64,000 bases of DNA from positions 501,944 through 565,943 of the forward strand of contig KV454018.1 in the NCBI GenBank assembly GCA_001661245.1, written 5' to 3'. This document shows, piece by piece, positions 58,780-64,000 of this stretch. This DNA comes from Pachysolen tannophilus NRRL Y-2460 (Eukaryota). The notes below the pieces were generated by a model. That model was not told the origin of the DNA and made no database searches. It worked only from the letters and a program-made list of their open reading frames with translations. The position numbers were made by a program, and so were the translations under genes. Each line of letters starts with the position of its first letter. Position 1 is the stretch's first letter.

Positions 58780-59181
58780 TTTATTAAAACGATCCAGTTA
58801 TACTAATCGATGTCTTATATTTGTTTCAGCTAATAGATATCAATTTCGATTTAATATTAAGATTTCTTGATATTCAACATATATAAAAAAGATTTCTTAT
58901 TTTAAGTAGTGTATACAGAAACTATCCGCCCAAGTCACCGGCGAAAGAGCCGCCCAAGTTTTAGCGGGAGATGCTCCAGGTGGAATCCATTACTTTAAAG
59001 AGAATTACAAAATCCAATTGATAAAGAGCATAGACGGAATAAATAAATAAGGAAAGAAAGAGTAGATAAAAGAATAATAATGGCTCTTACTGAACTCATT
59101 TTATAATTCAGTTTTTCCATTAACAATGAATAAATATTATATAATTATAAGAAAAAAAAAAAAAAATTTTTACATACTTTC

Positions 59182-59706
59182 TTAAACTTTGATGGAATTA
59201 AGGTATTCTTGACGGTACTTGTTGTTATCAGCTGGACGGTTTAAAGCCAACCATTTTGGCTCATCTTTGAATAATCTTAAAGCTTTAACATAGTTTTTTT
59301 GTGATAAAGTAAACCTGTGATAAATTCCTGAAGGTAAGATCAATAAATCACCCTTTGTTAATTTTGTCCTAATCCATCTATCTTCATCATCTCTAACATC
59401 AAAATAACCTTCACCATCCAATATATAACGAATTTCCTCATCTTCATGAAGATGTTCTTCGTAAAAACTATCCAATTTTGCCTTTAACGCAGTTTCACCT
59501 CCTGGAAAATTATCTTTTGAAAGAACAACTTGGTCTCTATTTTTATAATTTCTTTCCTTAGCCAAACCATTTACATCTTCTTCATTATCGAAAAAATAAT
59601 ATAATACTCCAATGGCTGATAATTTTGATTCTGAAACCGCTACTCCTGAATCATGTTCTTCACGGAAATCAACTTCATCTTTATTATCATGATAATAAGC
59701 TCTCAT
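59182..59706 (-). CDS. ADI1: Acireductone dioxygenase (methionine salvage)
   Basis: FYEEHLHEDEEIRYILDGEGYFDVR, GDLLILPSGIYHRFTL, ALRLFKDEPKW. Confidence 0.95.
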   Translation of the reverse strand: MRAYYHDNKDEVDFREEHDSGVAVSESKLSAIGVLYYFFDNEEDVNGLAKERNYKNRDQVVLSKDNFPGGETALKAKLDSFYEEHLHEDEEIRYILDGEGYFDVRDDEDRWIRTKLTKGDLLILPSGIYHRFTLSQKNYVKALRLFKDEPKWLALNRPADNNKYRQEYLNSIKV

Positions 59707-60054
59707 TTTTGCTTAATCCAAAGATTTCTTTATCAAATTATATCATACAGAAAATAAAAATTTATATAAAGAACAATTGACAAATAAATAATTTTTTTTA
59801 AAAAAAAATATATATATATAATGAAAAATAAAAGAGTTATATATATTTTATATTTCAATACTTCTATTTAATTGGATTATTGATTAAATGATATTAAAAT
59901 ACAATTTAAATGATCTAACATGTGGCGTCCACTTTAAAATTTTTGTGTGGCAGAAAAATACACACTACTAAGATTGTCATTTAGTCATTTAGTCATTTAC
60001 GATAACAGCAAGTACAAATGTTTTAAATTCCGTATTTCATATTATAATTAGTAT

Positions 60055-62274
60055 TTAATCATATTTCCCAGAGGTTAATGAAGGGCCACTTGGGATTTTC
60101 CCCAATATTCCTAAACCTCTATTACGTCTATTCACCAATTTTTTATGCCTATAATATTTGACAAATCTTTTCAAAACATTCAATGCTATAACGATTAGCA
60201 ATATCAAAGTTATATAACCCAAGATTCCATGTTTATGGAAAATATCCATAAACCGGAGGACTCCACCAAATGGGCTTTTCATCACATTGGCCTTAATACG
60301 GATATGTCCAATTACATCTAAATTATCGTATAGTTTGGGGAAATTTAAATAACTTAAAGTTTCTCTTATTAAATACGGCTGATTTTTCAAACCATGTCCA
60401 TAAATATCTGTATTCCAATATATATTATCATATCTGGAAACTATAATGGCATCTCCTTTTTTATAATCCTTACCATTATTCCATCCATATTTATTTATCA
60501 TATGTGAATTTTTAGCTAAATCCAAATAACAAAAAATTGTATGAAATTCATTTGTAAAATGATTAATTTTTTCCTTCATTGCTGCATTAACTTTTGCTTG
60601 ATCCAATTCGGTTAATTTTAAATCATTAACTTTTTTAATTTTACTTTCTCTTTTTTCATCAATAGTATAATAAATTTTCTCTTGTCTTAATTGAAAATAT
60701 TCATGAGCTTCAATTGAACTTAAATGAATTGAATTAAAAAGACTTTTTTGATCATTGGAATCAATTAAGGTAATAAGTACTTTATCATTTTTGCCATTGA
60801 ATTTTGGATCTCTTGTATTAAAATATTTATTTAAATTTTTCGGTGTTAATTCATCAACTAATGGTAATGAATTTGCTTTTATGAAACCCATAAGACCTTC
60901 ATATTCTCTAGAATCTCTTGGACTAAAAATTTGATATTTTGTTGATATTAAACTATCATCTTTAAAACATAACAAAGTAGGTAAAGTTGATATAGAATGT
61001 ACAGCATACATTTTTTCATCAAATTCTTTTTTAGGTTCTGTATCATTATAATGTATATAATTTAATAATTCTTCGGATTGCAGTTTAATTAAATCATTTA
61101 AAAGTAAATCTGATGATTTATAAATATATACATCAGATTGTAAATCCATAATACCTTGAAGTAAATATGGTAAAACATCAAAATCTTCAGAAACAGCAGT
61201 TTTAGAATCATAAAGATATACAAATGAAATTCTTTTCTCTAAATTTAATTCTGAACTTGGATCCTTAGATAATCGTTTAGCTAAATTCATCTTTTGACCT
61301 AATTCTTTTACTGTAATATCTTGGAAAGAATAATTTTCAACCAGTCTTTTTGCCCATTTAGAAATTTCTCCAGCTTTTATTAATGATTTATACTTAATCT
61401 TATTACCACCTTTACCTGGAGTAAACATATAAATTCCAGGAGATTTAAAATTTCTAGAACTGTATGAAGAAAGTAAATCATCAAATCCTAAGCTTTTACA
61501 TATTGGTTCATTAGAACCACAATTGAAATATCCTGTCTTCACTATTCCCAACAATTGATTTGATAATCTAGCCCATAATGTTTTTAATTCAAAACATTCG
61601 GGGCAATCATCAAAAAATTCATTTTTCAAATCACGACTTGTTTCTAAATCAAAATTTTTTTCATTTAATTGTTCATCTTTTGTTGGCCAAAATGAAATCA
61701 ATATAGGTTCATCCATATTACCAGCCATAATTTTTAACATTTCCTGAGAAGAAATAAAAGAACTTTTACTTGGTAATCCTGCAGTAGAATCAGAAATATC
61801 AAGAGCTTGTTCTCTAATAAATTTTATAAAATTTTCTTCAGTTTTTGGATATTTAGTTGGATAAGAAGCAACCAATTTCCCTGAATCGCCATTTTCATTT
61901 CCAGCATAAAGTCTTATAGCAGGATAAAATCTTATAGATTCTCTAGAACATAAATCCCCACTTTCAACACAATTAACCTGATGTAAATGTACTTTTAAAG
62001 AATCCGATTCTTTCTTTAAATTTCTATAAGTTGATTCCCAAACAGGTGCCAAGTGTTTGCAATGTGTACAATATGGCGAATAAAATTCCACAAGATGCAT
62101 ATCTTTTGATAAAGTCATATCAAAATTTTCCGAAGTTAAAGGCAGAGGCAATGGTTCCAAGACATCATCTTTAACTTTTTCTTTTGAAGATATTTCTTGA
62201 GAATTCACTAAAGCAATTAAACAAACAATGCAAATAATTAGCAGTTTCAACGAATAATAGCACCTGCTCATCAT
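60055..62274 (-). CDS. EPS1: Membrane-anchored PDI-family protein Eps1
   Basis: Signal peptide, VEFYSPYCTHCKHLAP thioredoxin site, QVNCVESGDLC, a second CxxC (CPEC), a C-terminal TM, GILG and a terminal GKYD. Confidence 0.88.
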   Translation of the reverse strand: MMSRCYYSLKLLIICIVCLIALVNSQEISSKEKVKDDVLEPLPLPLTSENFDMTLSKDMHLVEFYSPYCTHCKHLAPVWESTYRNLKKESDSLKVHLHQVNCVESGDLCSRESIRFYPAIRLYAGNENGDSGKLVASYPTKYPKTEENFIKFIREQALDISDSTAGLPSKSSFISSQEMLKIMAGNMDEPILISFWPTKDEQLNEKNFDLETSRDLKNEFFDDCPECFELKTLWARLSNQLLGIVKTGYFNCGSNEPICKSLGFDDLLSSYSSRNFKSPGIYMFTPGKGGNKIKYKSLIKAGEISKWAKRLVENYSFQDITVKELGQKMNLAKRLSKDPSSELNLEKRISFVYLYDSKTAVSEDFDVLPYLLQGIMDLQSDVYIYKSSDLLLNDLIKLQSEELLNYIHYNDTEPKKEFDEKMYAVHSISTLPTLLCFKDDSLISTKYQIFSPRDSREYEGLMGFIKANSLPLVDELTPKNLNKYFNTRDPKFNGKNDKVLITLIDSNDQKSLFNSIHLSSIEAHEYFQLRQEKIYYTIDEKRESKIKKVNDLKLTELDQAKVNAAMKEKINHFTNEFHTIFCYLDLAKNSHMINKYGWNNGKDYKKGDAIIVSRYDNIYWNTDIYGHGLKNQPYLIRETLSYLNFPKLYDNLDVIGHIRIKANVMKSPFGGVLRFMDIFHKHGILGYITLILLIVIALNVLKRFVKYYRHKKLVNRRNRGLGILGKIPSGPSLTSGKYD

Positions 62275-62933
62275 AAAAAATTGATTTCAAAAAAAAATTT
62301 AAAGTCCCTATTTCAAAACAACCTTCACCATCAATTTTTTAAAAACTACTCCACTATCAAAATTAGATAAAACAGATATATATTTGGTCACTTTCAACTG
62401 ATCTTTTGAATAATTCTATACATAGAATTATCAAGACATATACAATTTGTACTTTGTAATTAATAATAACCAGATTTGTAAATAATTGAGAGCAAACACA
62501 CTACTGCGACTAAGACTACTAAGACGACCACTACCAATCTTTAATACTTTTTAATTATATATATGATTCATTCATTATTAATACTTAAAACTATATGGAA
62601 TTCATCAAGCAATTGGATAAAATGTCACTGTGTAAAAGATGAAAAAGTTGTAAAAAAAAATAATAAATACGAATAAGTGAAATTGAATATTATATCCTTA
62701 AAAAAATAGTAGTAAAAATAATTCCTGTGTGAACTTTGAGGTTATAATAATAATAATAATAATAAAGTTTTCAATCGAGATTCTATTAGAATTTCCATTT
62801 GACTTAGTTGATGTAGTTGATGTAGTTGATGGATGTCCTTATTAAAAAAAAAAAAAAAAAAGGTCAACATAGTAAAATAGAAAGAAAAAAAAAATCAATT
62901 AATTAATCAATCAATCAATTGATAATAAAACTC

Positions 62934-64000
62934 TTACATGAAGTTGGTTTCCAAGTAATTTTTGATAATATCAAAGCTTACTAGTGTAATGGCACTAGCT
63001 GGAAGTGTTCTTGTTAAATTGATGATAAACCCAGCATAGAAACCTTTTAAGCCTTCTTTTAAATAAATTTCTTTAATTGTATCAAGTAAAGTTGGATGAT
63101 GTAGTGTACCATTGTTACTTGCAATTTGCATTCTTGTTCTTAAAATTTCATGAGGATAAGTTATACCACTTGCAAGCATTTTTGAAACAGCTGAAGCTGT
63201 AGTTAATCTTATTAATAAGAAAACCCCACTTGAAGGGTTTTTATTTTCTTTAACTTTTAAACGTTTATTTATTACTTCGTTATTAGAAATATCATGACCA
63301 GTACATTTCAATAATTTTTTAAAATTTTCATACAAGGGGAAATGAATAGCAACATGAAATAAACCTAAATAAGATGGTAATAATCCAGAATAAAAAGATT
63401 TCCAACCTTCATTTCTATACATTTTTTGGAAAGCATTAAAAGTTGATGTATAATAATCTCTTGTTCTTCTCTTATCAGGCTCAAATCTATCATATATGGA
63501 TCCACCATTACCAGTTTGTAACATTAGCCTTGTCTTTATTACCCAAATTGGATTAGTAAAAGTTGTTGATGCAGCACCTGCTGTTATTGCACTTAAGAAA
63601 TATGCCAAATTTTCATGGGTTTCACCACTTCCAAATAAATAATTTGGATATACATGTTTGCATTTTTCATAAACTGTAAAATAAATCATCCATGATGGGA
63701 AATACCCTAATGAGATTGGTACTAAACCTCTATATAAACCTCTTGTTCCTTCTTCTTTCCATATTGTACTAATAGTATCCAGTAATCCATTATACTTAAC
63801 TTTATCAAAATGAGTTGTCAGCGATAAATCAGCTTGATGACCCAAGAAAGCACCTTGAGCTTGTAATCTTGTCTTTGCAACATCAAGTGGACATACACAA
63901 ATTCCAGATAAAAACCCAGCCATTGCTCCCGATATTGGTGTTATTTCCTCACTTGATAATTTCCTATCAAATCTCAAAAACGGTATAAGCTGCCTGTCTA
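62934..64000 (-). CDS. YIA6: Mitochondrial NAD+ carrier (Yia6/Yea6, NDT1/2); 5' end lies beyond the window
   Basis: Three carrier signatures CPLDVAKTRLQ, NPIWVIKTRLM, YPHEILRTRMQ, plus GLFHVAIHFPLYE. The frame stays open to the window edge. Confidence 0.88.
   Translation of the reverse strand, partial: DRQLIPFLRFDRKLSSEEITPISGAMAGFLSGICVCPLDVAKTRLQAQGAFLGHQADLSLTTHFDKVKYNGLLDTISTIWKEEGTRGLYRGLVPISLGYFPSWMIYFTVYEKCKHVYPNYLFGSGETHENLAYFLSAITAGAASTTFTNPIWVIKTRLMLQTGNGGSIYDRFEPDKRRTRDYYTSTFNAFQKMYRNEGWKSFYSGLLPSYLGLFHVAIHFPLYENFKKLLKCTGHDISNNEVINKRLKVKENKNPSSGVFLLIRLTTASAVSKMLASGITYPHEILRTRMQIASNNGTLHHPTLLDTIKEIYLKEGLKGFYAGFIINLTRTLPASAITLVSFDIIKNYLETNFM

Overview
This is eukaryotic, very AT-rich budding-yeast (Saccharomycotina) DNA from a draft assembly with three N-gaps. 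It is intron-rich for a yeast (GTATGT/GTAAGT donors, TACTAAC branch points) and is probably outside the Saccharomycetaceae (inference). I can support about 28 protein-coding genes. Several are spliced and were missed or truncated by the ORF track: cwf19-like, a U1C-type Zn-finger gene, RPS14, RPL39, YIP3, URM1, NAS2, a YIL002W-A-like gene, SNA2 and the 5-exon GIM4. There is also an intronic box C/D snoRNA (snR65-like) in a non-coding host gene. The main find is a ~9.3 kb gene-free interval (31784-41088). On its left are SOK1 and DSF2, whose S. cerevisiae orthologues lie next to CEN4/CEN2. On its right are URM1, NAS2, IRC22, YIL001W, INP51, YIL002W-A, GIM4, EPS1 and YIA6, whose orthologues lie next to CEN9/CEN5. 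This makes the interval a strong candidate regional centromere. It contains a phased ACGTG array, tandem MCB sites, a possible pseudoknotted RNA and a perfect 26-bp palindrome. Other signals: CTG codons that may not encode Leu, a recurrent promoter motif RCACKAC, a long stem in the RPS14 intron, and a GH76 protein without a GPI tail. Gene names come from recalled family motifs and gene order, not from database searches.
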